A DNA stretch of 60,527 nt from Octopus bimaculoides (GCF_001194135.2 NC_069003.1:8624383-8684909); one strand, 5' to 3'; counted from the first letter of the stretch, positions 1-12,001 are shown. Notes: generated from the letters alone by a model not told the origin. Translations and numbers: made by a program.

Positions 1-31
<31 letters not shown>

Positions 32-379
32 ATTTGGGGAGGGTGATGTTGCCAGTTTAGCCAATTAAAACACACGCACTGTATATTTGGTGTTAATTTG
101 CTTCAGCTTTATATTACATTACATTAATCCTATTTCGGACAGAGTTCTTTCGCCACACTTCTGTGACCTCATCAGTGGTCCTTTGTTTTCTTCTTTCTTT
201 TTTGTGTCTTTCCTTACGAATGATCAGCCATTTTGTATTCCTGTTGTATGTGTCTTTATTTGCGCATGCTTATACCCCTGTGCGGGTCTATGTTTAGTAA
301 GTGTGTGTGTGTGTGTGGGGGGGAGTGCCTGTATTATCAGGATGAAATCTATTTAAGGAAAATCATCGTTTTTCGGTGT

Positions 380-1056
380 GATTATTCAATCTTGCTTTCT
401 TTTTTCTCTTTTCTTTCTTTCTTTCGGTCTTTCTATCGTCCTTCCTTTCTTTGCTTTCTCCCTTTCTTCCCTTCTTTCTTTGCTTTCTTTCTTTTTTCAT
501 TCTTTCCTTCCTCCTCTTCTTTCTTTCCTTCCTTCCTTATTTCCTTCCTTCATTTCTTTCTTTCCTTCCATTCTCCCTTCCTACCTTCCTCCCTTCCTGT
601 CTTTGCTTCCTTTCCTACCTTCTTCGTTTCGTTCCTTATTTCGTCTGCTCGCTTTTTTCCGTCTTCTTCCCAAGCTCTCTCTCTCCGTTTCCACCTACCC
701 CCGTCTCTCTCTCTCTCTCTCTCTTTCTCCTACTTTCTTCCAGGCTTTCGCTTCGTCTTCTTTCTTCTTTGCCCCGTTCCCTTCTTCCTCTCTTCCATTT
801 CTTTCTCACTTTATTTTTGTCTCTCTCTCTTTTTCCCTTCCTCGGTTACTCTCTTTTCTTCTTTCATACTTTTCTTTCTTGGAAGCCTGAAAGAATAATA
901 CATTCATTCTTTCCTACTTTCATTCTTTTTCTCTCACTTTCTCTCATTCCTTATTTATCTCGTTCCTTCCTTTCATTTATGCTTTCTTTCTTTGCCCCCT
1001 TTCTTCCTTCTTTTTTTGGCTTTGTTTTTCATTTTGTTTTTATTGTTTTGTTTTTC
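380..1056 (+). repeat. Long polypyrimidine low-complexity tract ((TTTC)n/(TTCC)n/(CT)n)
   Basis: About 670 bp of almost pure C/T sequence ending in ttttgtttttcag; the overlapping F/L/S-rich ORFs are compositional artefacts. Confidence 0.9.
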
Positions 1057-1058
1057 AG

Positions 1059-1091
1059 AGGTCGACAGTCTGGTCAAACCAGGAATATTCT
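1059..1091 (+). CDS. Candidate 33-nt internal exon of an unidentified host gene
   Basis: Strong acceptor ttttgtttttcag| after a long pyrimidine tract and donor |gtaaga. Length is a multiple of 3 and all frames are open (e.g. VDSLVKPGIF). No recognisable homology. Confidence 0.3.
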
Positions 1092-1362
1092 GTAAGAAAA
1101 TGTGAACAATGACTTTACACTAACTGATTCTAAAGAGTTAACTCAATTTGCTAGATGGCTAGATCGATAGATCGATAGATTGATAGATTGACAGAGCTTT
1201 CTGTAAAGATTATAAATCCATAGCTCTGTGTATCGATGATACAAAGGAAACCAAAACTGGAGAAACGGAAAGAGAAAGAGATGAGAGGGGGTGGGGGTAG
1301 GGAAGAGACGTATTGCGAAGAGGATACGTTATGCGAAGTGTAGGTGGAATGGCAAAGGATTT

Positions 1363-1364
<2 letters not shown>

Positions 1365-1396
<32 letters not shown>

Positions 1397-1419
1397 TACA
1401 TATATACACACATATATAC

Positions 1420-1483
<64 letters not shown>

Positions 1484-1488
1484 TGTAC

Positions 1489-1533
<45 letters not shown>

Positions 1534-1706
1534 CATACATACATACATATATATTGTACGTATATATATATATATTTATACATACATACATATATACGTA
1601 TATATATATATAATTTTGTATATATATATATATACAGATGTATATATATACAGATATATATATATATATTTATATGTATATACATATACATATATATATG
1701 TAGAGT

Positions 1707-1746
<40 letters not shown>

Positions 1747-1812
1747 CGAGAGAGAGAGAGAGAGACAAACAGAGACAGACAGAGGGAGAGATGGAGAAAC
1801 AGACAGACAGAC
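1365..1812. repeat. Compound microsatellite (TA)n/(CA)n/(GA)n/(GACA)n
   Basis: Direct reading; representative of many similar tracts, e.g. 2975-3240, 4135-4380, 11570-12110, 43860-44300, 54960-55360, 60350-60527. Confidence 0.95.
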
Positions 1813-2971
1813 AAAAATGCAGTATGCGAAAATATAAATAAAAAAACATGGAAGGATAGAAAGAATGAAGGAAGAAATAAATGAATGAAATGGAGAAGAA
1901 AAACATTTTCGCAAGGAACATGATTAACTTAAGGTGACGGTTAGTGGTGGGGGTTGAGAGGAGCTGAAAGAGAAAGAGGAGGAGCTGGAGGAGAGGGTGT
2001 GGAGGAAAGGTTGATGAGAGTAGGAAGGGTGGAAGTGGGATGGAGGGTTTAGCGCGGGTGGGTGATGCGGAGAATGAGTTTATTCAATATGGTGTTTGGT
2101 TGTATATAAACACTTGAATGAGTAAATGAGTGAGCTCAGTAAAGTTTGCTAATAATATAATATAAGTAATAGTAAGACCATTTCTTCTTTCAGAATATGG
2201 TAAATGGGAATTAAGATGCGAAGAATATGGACGAATATTGAGGAATATTAAATCGGAGTGGAGACAGTTGGAAGATGCAAATGAAGGTTGGTGGTGTTTG
2301 AGAAGAGAGTGAAATACTAATAAAAACAAAGCACATATCAACTGGAATAAGGAGAATAGAATTAACAAAGATGAGACATGAAAAAGGTAGTATACTAGAG
2401 AGAAGACATAAAAATACCAGAGAAGCTGTATTAGAGAGCTAAAACAGAACGAGCTAGAGACGGCTGTTAGGGTGGAAAGGATGAAAATATGGTGGCGGGG
2501 GGGCAGGGGGGGGAGTTCGGAGCATAAGATGACCGTAAAATGGTAGTGTTAGCGAAAGAGAAAAAGAGATGAAAATTTTAAAAGACAGATACTGTGAAAG
2601 AACGAAGCAATGAGAGTATGAAGTAGTATAAAATGAGATAGTGAAGTAATAATATTAAATAAAAAGCAGAGTAGTTTTGCTAGTTACAAAAGTGGGAGAC
2701 TGAGGAATCATAATTTGCTGTAGCGAAAGCAAGCCAATGCTTTAACTTGTAGAAATCTCTTGTCATTTGTTAACATGCAGAATTACAAGTATGCAAGTCT
2801 AATGCAAGTCTAATGCATTAAAAGATGCACTTTTGCCTTGTCGTTCTAGACAGATTTTTACTTAATGGTGAACTGACGTCTGCTTGCTAGTGGATATATC
2901 ACTTATTGAGGTTGCCATTGCTCATTTAATTTGGCATATTTATGTATGTACATGCGCACGTTCATTCATTC

Positions 2972-3050
<79 letters not shown>

Positions 3051-3240
3051 TGTGTATATATATACGTATATGTGTATATATATATATATATGTAAATATA
3101 TATATATGTGTGTGTGTATATATATATATACATATATATACATACACACATGCATATATCCACAAACATCTATCTATCTATCTATATCTATATATACATA
3201 GCTACCTACCTAGATAGAGATAGATAGATAGATAGATATA

Positions 3241-4003
3241 CAGGGTGCAGTGAATAGGCTGTCGTCTAAATTACGCAAAAAATGAAAGTAACATTGATAT
3301 CTCATTTTAACAGATATATTTACTAAAGTTACATAAAAATATCTTAAAAAACTAAAGAGTGAATTTCTTCAATAAAATCACCCTTGGCTTCAACCATGGC
3401 TTGCAGACAACTTCGAAATCTCCTGCAACTTTTCTGTACGGTCTCCTTGGTGAATGCTCCCATAATCCTTGCCTTCAGTTCATCTTTGTTGTTACAAGGA
3501 GTTTTGTTGCCCTCTCGCTCAACTCCACCATACAAATAATAATCAAGGGGTTTGCAAGTCTGGGGAGTTAGGTGGTCAGATGTCAGGTGTGATGCGGTTG
3601 GAGAAATTGTCTGATAGCTATGACTGGGTTCTCCTGGTGCAGAATCCTTTTGCCAGACATAGGGTCTTCCAGCAGCCACCCTCTTCACCCAGGGCAGCAC
3701 TACTTGATGTAGGCCGCTGTGTGGAGTCTGAGGCTGTGTGAGAAGATGAATGGAGGCATAACCTCGCTATCACTAGTGATCACCCCAGACACCATGATGT
3801 TGACTGGATGTTTGATTTTTAGCACTCTCAGTACATGTCCTCAGATTGCACTCTCCTCAGACTGACGCCTAAACACTTTGAAATGTTCGTGTTGGAGCTT
3901 CCGGAGTGAATGCCAAGCGGTGCGGCATGTCGTTTCAAATTTCTGGCATTCTAAATTGCGTCATGGTGCTATTTTCCTCACAGACGGTGCCCGATTGACC
4001 CTA
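3241..4003 (-). mobile_element. Internally deleted Tc1/mariner-superfamily transposon (maT/DD37D-like)
   Basis: Left end TA|CAGGGTG. The minus strand encodes an N-terminus (MTQFRMPEI[fs]KRHAAPLGIHSGSSNTNISKCLGVSLRRVQ) fused to the C-terminal DDD region (KIKHPVNIMV..GVITSDSEVMPPFIF..LPWVKRVAAGRPYVWQKDSAP..CKPLDYY..KDELKARIM..CRRFRSCLQAMVEAKGDFIE). The right TIR is poorly preserved. Confidence 0.85.
3344..3964 (-). pseudogene. Transposase pseudogene (DD37D-like) with frameshifts, stops and a central deletion
   Basis: WQKDSAP (second catalytic D) and the KPLDYY motif in ORF 3344..3700; ATG at 3964; the central domain containing the first D is missing. Confidence 0.8.
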
Positions 4004-4140
4004 CTATACTGTGTAGTTGACAAGCTAAAACAACAAACAATGCACATATGCGAAATGAAAAATACAAAATGGCGACAATTTACACATCGCAGGCTGTAGA
4101 TAAATAGACAGATATAGGTATAGGCTGCCTGATATGTATG

Positions 4141-4173
<33 letters not shown>

Positions 4174-4319
4174 ATATATGTGTATGCATATATACATATA
4201 TTTATATGTATATAGATACGCATATATATACATAAGGTATATATAATGAAATTTACCTTTGTACAAATATATATGTATATATACACATGTATATTTGCGT
4301 GTGCTTCTGTACACACACG

Positions 4320-4378
<59 letters not shown>

Positions 4379-4889
4379 GCACATATATCTCTCAAATATG
4401 TACATCCCATAACGAGCAACGTTTAAGACGCACATACATGAACATGCTCCCTCACACAAACACGCAGATATACTTATATGCATACAGAGGCACACTTTTA
4501 CACACATCACACACACACATACACACACAGAAACTCACAGTGAGACACACACTGCGTGTCAGAGACATCACGTATATAAAAATTTGTAGGATATCGGTCT
4601 TGCAGTGAAGAATATAAATAAATACTCACTCGCAAGATTACTTCAGCGTTCAGCAATTTTAAAGAAATTAAAAGTCACAATATATTTAATTGATAGCTTT
4701 CAGCTATAGTCAGAAGCGAATTCTTCGCTTGCTTCTGGCAATAGATTCCAAAACTTACATATCTTTGTCATGTCGACATCACACTCTTACCGCGTCTCTT
4801 TCAATCTGAGTGTTTTTCATCACAGCTACTAGAATTGCGTTTCATTAATCAAGACGATTTAGATAATTTGATAATAATGCTGGCGTTAT

Positions 4890-6000
4890 TTTCTCGCGAA
4901 GTGTTCTTTCTATTTCGCATTACCCACAAAGAACGTCGTTCTCTTTTGCATTACATACAAATTACTTTGCATTTCGCCTTACTCAGAAACGTCTGCTTGT
5001 TATTCCGCCTTACGCAGAAAAAAGTTTGTTCTTATTTCCCTTACATAAAATTGACTTCGTATCTCACCTGACACATAAACTTCGTACTCACATTCGCTTT
5101 ACTTACGAACGTTTACTTTCTATTTCTACGTTCTCACGAAGCTCATATTGTCTAACTCACAATTTAATTCTTTTCTAATTCGCCTTACGTACAAACGTCT
5201 TTTCTTTGCTTTACTCGCGAATACCGCCTCTCTATTTTAGGCGCAAATGCCTTCTTGTTATTCCACCTTACAACGCAAAACATTCTTGTTTCACCATGCA
5301 CACAGGAAGGAATTTCAACCATGTTTCGTGGTCTGCTACCACAACAGCTCCTTTATAGGATCCAGTTAGCTCAAGACATCATCAGGAGGAACCACGTCCG
5401 GTTTCGGCCCTTACTCCTCTACCGTTTTGACGTGGCGGGGCCCCTCCTTTCGGAGGTGTCTTCAGCTCTGGTGTTGGGTGCATGTCTTCTTTCACTGTTT
5501 GTGACTGTTCTAATTCAACTGTAGAATGTCCCTCGCTATGGTTATTTTATTATACTTCAAACTTCGACTAAATCACAATTGTTTCCTTTCTGTTCTGTAC
5601 TTCTCCACAGAGCACTCTCCATATTTTGTCTCATCTTACAAATAACTTCTTTCTATTTCACATTACGTACAAATGACTTCTTGCTCACATATCTCTTTGT
5701 ATTTCGCCTTATTTACAAATGACTTCTTCCTGTTTTCCTTACATACAAAAGGCTCCGTATTTTGCCTTACCTACAAATAACATTTTCATATTCCACCTTA
5801 CTCACTGATATTTTCTCTCTACTTCATTTTTCGTAAGTTAACTTCTTGTTTCGCCTTATCCACAAATGCCTTCCTTCTTTCTGTCCCGCCTTACCTAAAA
5901 ATGTCTTCTTACATCATCCCATCAACAAACGTCTTTTCTTGTACGCCTCGCCTGGAAAGCTCTTTTCATTATTTTGCCCTACTTAGAAAGAATTTCAGAC
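4890..6000. repeat. Degenerate ~29-30 bp minisatellite (approximate consensus TATTTCGCCTTACNTACAAATGACTTCTTC), interrupted at ~5290-5530
   Basis: The CCTTAC-like core recurs near 4977, 5009, 5039, 5067, 5097, 5184, 5210, 5266, 5636, 5662, 5707, 5737, 5765, 5796, 5855 and 5888. Confidence 0.7.
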
Positions 6001-6043
6001 ACTGCATTATTACACAGAACTTCCTATTTTGTCTTTTTAACAA

Positions 6044-6085
<42 letters not shown>

Positions 6086-6139
6086 TTACTAGTGTTGGAA
6101 GCAGTATTGTTTCAAAATAACTTATTTAGCCACAAAACG

Positions 6140-6547
6140 GCAGTACTCATCTTGAGAAGATTTTACGTATAGACATGTAGAGCTAAAAAGCACAAAAGTA
6201 TTAGTAGCTGATGAAGAGTGTCCGGCAGCGCTGGTGGAGTTGCTAAATACGGATTTCTCTGTCAGCACGTCATCAATAGTGACCGTATGCTTATACACTA
6301 TCCACTATCAAACGTATCTACTATCAACTCTATGCTTAGACAAGTTTCGTCTTTAGTAAAATATAGCAAAATCCCTGGTGTTGCAAATAGCTGGTGGGTC
6401 GGATAAAAGTTCCTAATTAGCGAATTGCAGAAAGTCACAACACAGCAGTATTCATCTTGAGAAAGCATCTCGTATAGTTTGCAACTCATACATTTCTGTG
6501 CTTTTTAGCACTATACGTCTCCACGAGAAGCCTTCTCAAGAGAATGC
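6140..6547. mobile_element. MITE-like element with ~60-bp imperfect terminal inverted repeats
   Basis: 6140-6199 (gcagtactcatcttgagaag...gctaaaaagcacaaaag) is the reverse complement of 6490-6547; a partial direct copy of the arm lies at 6445-6477. Confidence 0.55.
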
Positions 6548-7242
6548 AGATTTCTGGCATCCTAACTTATATCTACATTGAATATGATATACACATTGCT
6601 AGAACTACATTACTAGAATAGATCAAATATTTACAATTAAGTATTAAGAATTAAGGATAAAGTTCCGTTATTAGAGGAAGTCCATTCGATGGCCGTTTCT
6701 GGAGTACATTTTCGGTAAGGTAAAAATTTCAAAAGTTTAATTCATTCTTGTAAATAATGTCTCCTTCATCAGGAAGACCTCCTCCGTAACGAAGTACATA
6801 GCAAAATGATCCATTAGAGACTAAAGTCCATAGAGGTTTTGTAGATCATATGCAAAGGAAATCATGAGAAATACTTACATACTTAATTGTAAATTTTTAA
6901 TAAGTTCTAGTAATGTAGGTTTTGCTCTCTGAACTGTCTTACCTTCTTATCTTATATAATTTATATGCTGTATCCTTTTCTATAGGTAGCTTATCATTTT
7001 ACTTTCAATCTCTATTCTGATTTCTGTTAGTGTGTTCTCTTTCGTTTGCACTCACCGTTTTTATATGGCGCATATGTTTTTGTTCTTTTAATTTATATTT
7101 TTTAGATTTGTATCGGTCTGTATTAATACGTATTAATGTATAAGTATTTTTTTTTTAGAATATTTAAAAAAATGTACGTCTATGTGTCTTCCTTTTCGGA
7201 ATTTGCTGATTAACCTAAATTTTGTTTCTGAGTCTACCTTTT

Positions 7243-7320
<78 letters not shown>

Positions 7321-7477
7321 ACGGGTATATGTATGCATATATGTATGTCTATTTAGATATATATATATATAGATATATATATATGGATGGTTGAAATTTA
7401 CAGAAAAACAAAAGACAAAGGCAAGTGTATAAATAACAAGAAGGCGTATTAGTTTGACGCTCGGGAAAGTGAGAAAG

Positions 7478-7515
7478 TCTTCTACGTTTCGAGCCTACGC
7501 TTTTCGACAGAAAGG
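7478..7515 (-). ncRNA. Type I hammerhead ribozyme motif, family 1 (core CUGUCGA), Penelope-like repeat
   Basis: Minus strand reads ccttt-CTGTCGA-a-aagc/gtag/gctc-GAAA-cg-TA-gaaga. The flanks match the element at 22540-22760. Confidence 0.6.
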
Positions 7516-7575
7516 AATACGAAGAAATAAACCCACACTTACACAAACACACACACATACACACATATATATATA

Positions 7576-7753
7576 CATGTACTTTATTAATAAAACTTTA
7601 AAGACAACACAAAAGCTATTACTCAGAATTTCACGTTCCCGTTCGTAACAATTTTTGTAATGGCTTTACAGCTTATTAATTAAGCGTAATAATCTACCTC
7701 CGGTATTCGAGTACTAGTTTTCCATCATGTTTCACATTTATGTGCTTACTCCA

Positions 7754-7756
<3 letters not shown>
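7576..7756 (-). mobile_element. Penelope-like terminal repeat, family 2, with a decayed hammerhead flanked by a long inverted repeat
   Basis: Minus strand reads aattg-ttacga-acg/ggaa/cgt-GAAA-ttc-t-gag-TA-atagctt. The tail ctacctccggtattcgagtac...cttactccagta matches 25727-25788. Confidence 0.65.
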
Positions 7757-7815
<59 letters not shown>

Positions 7816-8598
7816 TAATACGTATGTGTATATTTGTATATTCATACACATACATTTATAACTGAGATACAAGAATATAATTTCCCAGGATAGGTTCGCC
7901 GATTAAATCGCTTCCAGTATTTTGACTGGTACTTCATTTTATAGATTATAAAACGATTGAAGTCAAAATTGTGCCGAGCTTGACGTCGCTGGAATTCAAG
8001 ACGTAGAAAGCCCGATTACCGCGAGGCATCTTTCCTGACATCCCTTCGTTCTTCCACTGCACCATCCTATATACTTATACACAAACGCTCACACATACAT
8101 ACACATATATACATATGTATGCCCATTTATACATACGTATACACACGCACTCATCAATGTTCTCTTCGTTTGTTTAATTCCCATAAGCACGAAATCATAA
8201 ACACAAACCACCTGTTGGGGGTTTTGCGCACTTTTAGTAATTGAACATCTCACTTAAGGTAACTATAATCGCACTCTAATTATATACATCTATTTGCTGC
8301 ACTGCTGTCGGCATTATATTATTTAAGCGTCTAAATATATCACCTTCTCTCTGTGTAGCACTCTTAATATACTTCTCAAAACCTTTTAAAGACACATATT
8401 ATTTCTTGTTAATTTATAGAGTTACTGCCGCGTCCCTTTTTCCGTATCTCGTTGATCTATCTATCAATTCTTTCCCTCATGGTGTTAAAGGCTATATGCG
8501 TCGTGTGGTTAACTGAATAACGGATCTTAGCTCAACAACCACTGTGTTTGTGATTTGTTATTAGAAATATCAAGACTTCCGTAAACTACACTATGATA

Positions 8599-8825
8599 TA
8601 CTCTTTACTCTTTTACTCTTACTTGTTTCAGTCATTTAACTGCGGCCATGCTAGAGCACCGCCTTTAGTCGAGCAAATCGACCCCGGGACTTATTCTTTG
8701 TAAGCCTAGTAGTTATTCTATCGGTCTCTTTTGCCGAACCGCTAAGTGACGGGGACATAAACACACCAGCATCGGTTGTCAAGCAATGCTAGGGGGGACA
8801 AACAGACACACAAACACACACACAG

Positions 8826-8873
<48 letters not shown>

Positions 8874-9036
8874 GACGGGCTTCTTTCAGTTTCCGTCTAC
8901 CAAATCCGCTCACAAGGCTGTGGTCGGCCCGAGGCTATAGTAGAAAACACTTGCCCAAGATGACACGCAGTGGGACTGAACCCGGAACCATGTGGCTAGT
9001 AAGCAAGCTACTTACCACACAGTCACTCCTGCGCCT
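8599..9036 (-). mobile_element. tRNA-derived SINE family A (CORE-like CTTGGGCAAG motif, internal microsatellite, (AAAGAGT)n tail), full length
   Basis: A box TGACTGTGTGG and B-box-like GGGTTCAGTCCC on the minus strand; 18-bp TSD gtaaact(a/t)cactat(g/t)ata at 8581-8598 and 9037-9054. Confidence 0.9.
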
Positions 9037-9384
9037 GTAAACTTCACTATTATAAGACGGTAGAATGTGATACGAAGTAGATACACCACCAACGGCTGGA
9101 TACATCTCAACAACAACGCTTTGCTTGAGTAGTCCATAATATCCAGATCCTCTCCTGGTGGTGCTTTGAAGTTAGACATGGCCTGGACCAATAATGTCTG
9201 AAATCAATCTAAATTATAAAGGGAAATGTAACCAAGGCTGTCCACTTCGATATTTCACGAGGCAAAGACCCTTTATGTGATTGCTTGACCAACTGAAAAC
9301 AACAGCCACACATCTCATAAGTAATTAATACAAATGCATCGTGTTTCTGTAGATTGTATAAAAGAATAAGGAACTAGGATAGTC

Positions 9385-9770
9385 TATCTTGAAATTTTAG
9401 TGGCCAAAACACTTTTGTGTGGTCGCCTGATATGCTAAAATTAGCAGCGAGTCTTCCTATAAATTATTTTAGTAGCTGATATAATAGGAAAAGCAACCAA
9501 GATATTCTGCCTTTCTGTGGTCGCTCGGCACGCTAGAAATAGCTGGTAGTTTGTGCACAAGTCATTCTACACCTTCGTAATTAAAGAATAAATTACATAC
9601 ATAATTCTGTTCTAAAAGAAAAAATTGAAAAAAAAAAAAAAAATCAATTACATTCGGAAAAAAGATGGACGATTGAAAGATGAATTAAAATGCATTCCAT
9701 GATAGGCTTGCTCGGTTGTCGTTTACCAAGGGTTAAAATACAACAGCTAAACAACAACAACAACAACAGC

Positions 9771-9790
<20 letters not shown>
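9385..9790 (+). mobile_element. Decayed interspersed repeat, probable old SINE with (AAC)n/(AAT)n tail
   Basis: tgtggtcgc..gcta(g)aaa(t)tagc occurs twice (about 9418 and 9517); the element ends gctaaacaacaac. Confidence 0.45.
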
Positions 9791-9805
<15 letters not shown>

Positions 9806-9913
9806 CAATAACGATGACAACTACAACAACAACGGTGGTATTCTTTTGTCAGTTTGAACAACAAAATTTTTGAATATCATGACAGAAAACTGAAATTAGT
9901 TCTGTAAAAAAAC

Positions 9914-9948
<35 letters not shown>

Positions 9949-10456
9949 GCACACATGCGCATGCATATATATATATATATATATATATTATCGTGCGAGT
10001 TCTGTGAGTAGCATTTACACAAATCCACGAAAAAGCCTCCATATTGTATCTAAAACAACATACAAAGTCCAAGAATTATTACAGTTGGATATGGAATAAT
10101 TACAGATCACAACACATAACATGAAATTTATTTGACAGGCTAAAGGGAGATGAAGAAAGTAAGACGTGTAATTACGGCAAACATGGCCGTCAAAGTTAAA
10201 AACATTGATAAACAATCTCACTCACACAACAATCTAATATATGTTCGTCGCTGGTTTCTGTTTTGAAGAAGAATAAAAAAAATGAAAAAATGAATATCGC
10301 TTATTATCTCCATCGCTATCGGCTCCGTATTGAAAGCTTGGCAATGCATTCTATCGTAATGCGGGCTGATAGCTGAGCTTTGCATGTTAGATGTGCATAA
10401 ATATGCATTTGTGAAGAATGAACGCTGCAGATAGTTTGTCTTTTTCTGACAAAAAG

Positions 10457-10494
<38 letters not shown>

Positions 10495-11184
10495 NNNNNN
10501 NNNNNNNNNNNNNNNNNNNNNNNNNNNNNNNNNNNNNNNNNNNNNNNNNNNNNNNNNNNNNNNNNNNNNNNNNNNNNNNNNNNNNNNNNNNNNNNNNNNN
10601 NNNNNNNNNNNNNNNNNNNNNNNNNNNNNNNNNNNNNNNNNNNNNNNNNNNNNNNNNNNNNNNNNNNNNNNNNNNNNNNNNNNNNNNNNNNNNNNNNNNN
10701 NNNNNNNNNNNNNNNNNNNNNNNNNNNNNNNNNNNNNNNNNNNNNNNNNNNNNNNNNNNNNNNNNNNNNNNNNNNNNNNNNNNNNNNNNNNNNNNNNNNN
10801 NNNNNNNNNNNNNNNNNNNNNNNNNNNNNNNNNNNNNNNNNNNNNNNNNNNNNNNNNNNNNNNNNNNNNNNNNNNNNNNNNNNNNNNNNNNNNNNNNNNN
10901 NNNNNNNNNNNNNNNNNNNNNNATGAGAGAGGAAGGCAGGAAGGAAGGGGAGGGAGGGAGAGTAGAGGAAGGAGAAGAAAGGGAGAGGGAGGAGTAGAGA
11001 GAAGGAGAGAAATGTAATGAAACTAAAGCAGTGGTTGGGAATATATTCAGAAATACTTAATTATACTCCCTCTTAAACAATCTCAGGCACAGGCACACAC
11101 ACACACGTACCACTCTTACACAACAGCATGCGCGATATACATAATGTATAAGTAGATACATGCATCCATACACATGCACGCACG

Positions 11185-11222
<38 letters not shown>

Positions 11223-11965
11223 CAGAGAGGGGGACAGACAGAGAGGCAGAGAGAAAGGTGAGACAGAGAAAGAGAGGAAGAGGGAGAAGGGGATAAAGGT
11301 AACAGAGGTGGGGGGAGAGTTTTAATAAGATAGGTAGATAAAGAATAGCACCGTGAATATATATGTTTATAAAAAGAGAAAAAAATGGAAGCTATATTGG
11401 AAAATGATTTCATTGCAAACGTATTAAGTTCCACAGCCATAGAAACACATATACATTGTGAAAATACATTGGAAAATCGAATATTTAAGCCAATTATGAA
11501 GATAGAATGCCTCGCACTCAATGAGCCTCCTCTCTTGTAGAAGATATGCCTATACATATGTATATACACACACGTGTATATATATATATCTACCTATATA
11601 TATATATATATACACACACACACATATATATATATCTACAAATATATATATATACACACACATATATATATATACACACACATATATATACACACATAAA
11701 TATATATATACACACAAATATATATATACACACAAATATATACATACACATATATATATACATATATATACACACACATATATATATATATATACACACA
11801 CATATATATATATATATACACACACATATATATATATATACACACACATATATATACACACACATATATATACACACACATATATATATATATATACACG
11901 CACATATATGTATTTTTACGTATATATTATTTGATAATATATATATATATTTCTCTCTCTCTCTC

Positions 11966-12001
<36 letters not shown>

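Noticed and set aside
87-1921. Long F/S/L-rich and IY-repeat ORFs
   Set aside because: They are translations of pyrimidine tracts and (TA)n/(CA)n microsatellites; the same applies to all [16 protein letters not shown] and poly-I/N/T/V ORFs in the track.
2050-2560. Possible decayed APE-type LINE endonuclease on the minus strand
   Set aside because: No diagnostic motif (GDFN, SDH) could be read in frame.
4759-4830. Minus-strand gtaagt donor suggesting an exon
   Set aside because: All three frames contain stops between the nearest acceptor and this donor.
6200-6790. CTGATGA motifs at about 6210 (+) and 6770 (-) as hammerhead cores
   Set aside because: No helix II followed by GAAA; likewise for the CTGATGA matches near 24058 (-), 42018 and 49799.
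11384-11540. 51-aa ORF MEAILENDFIANVLSSTAIETH...
   Set aside because: Short, with no recognisable motif or splice/promoter support, and the opposite strand is also open.
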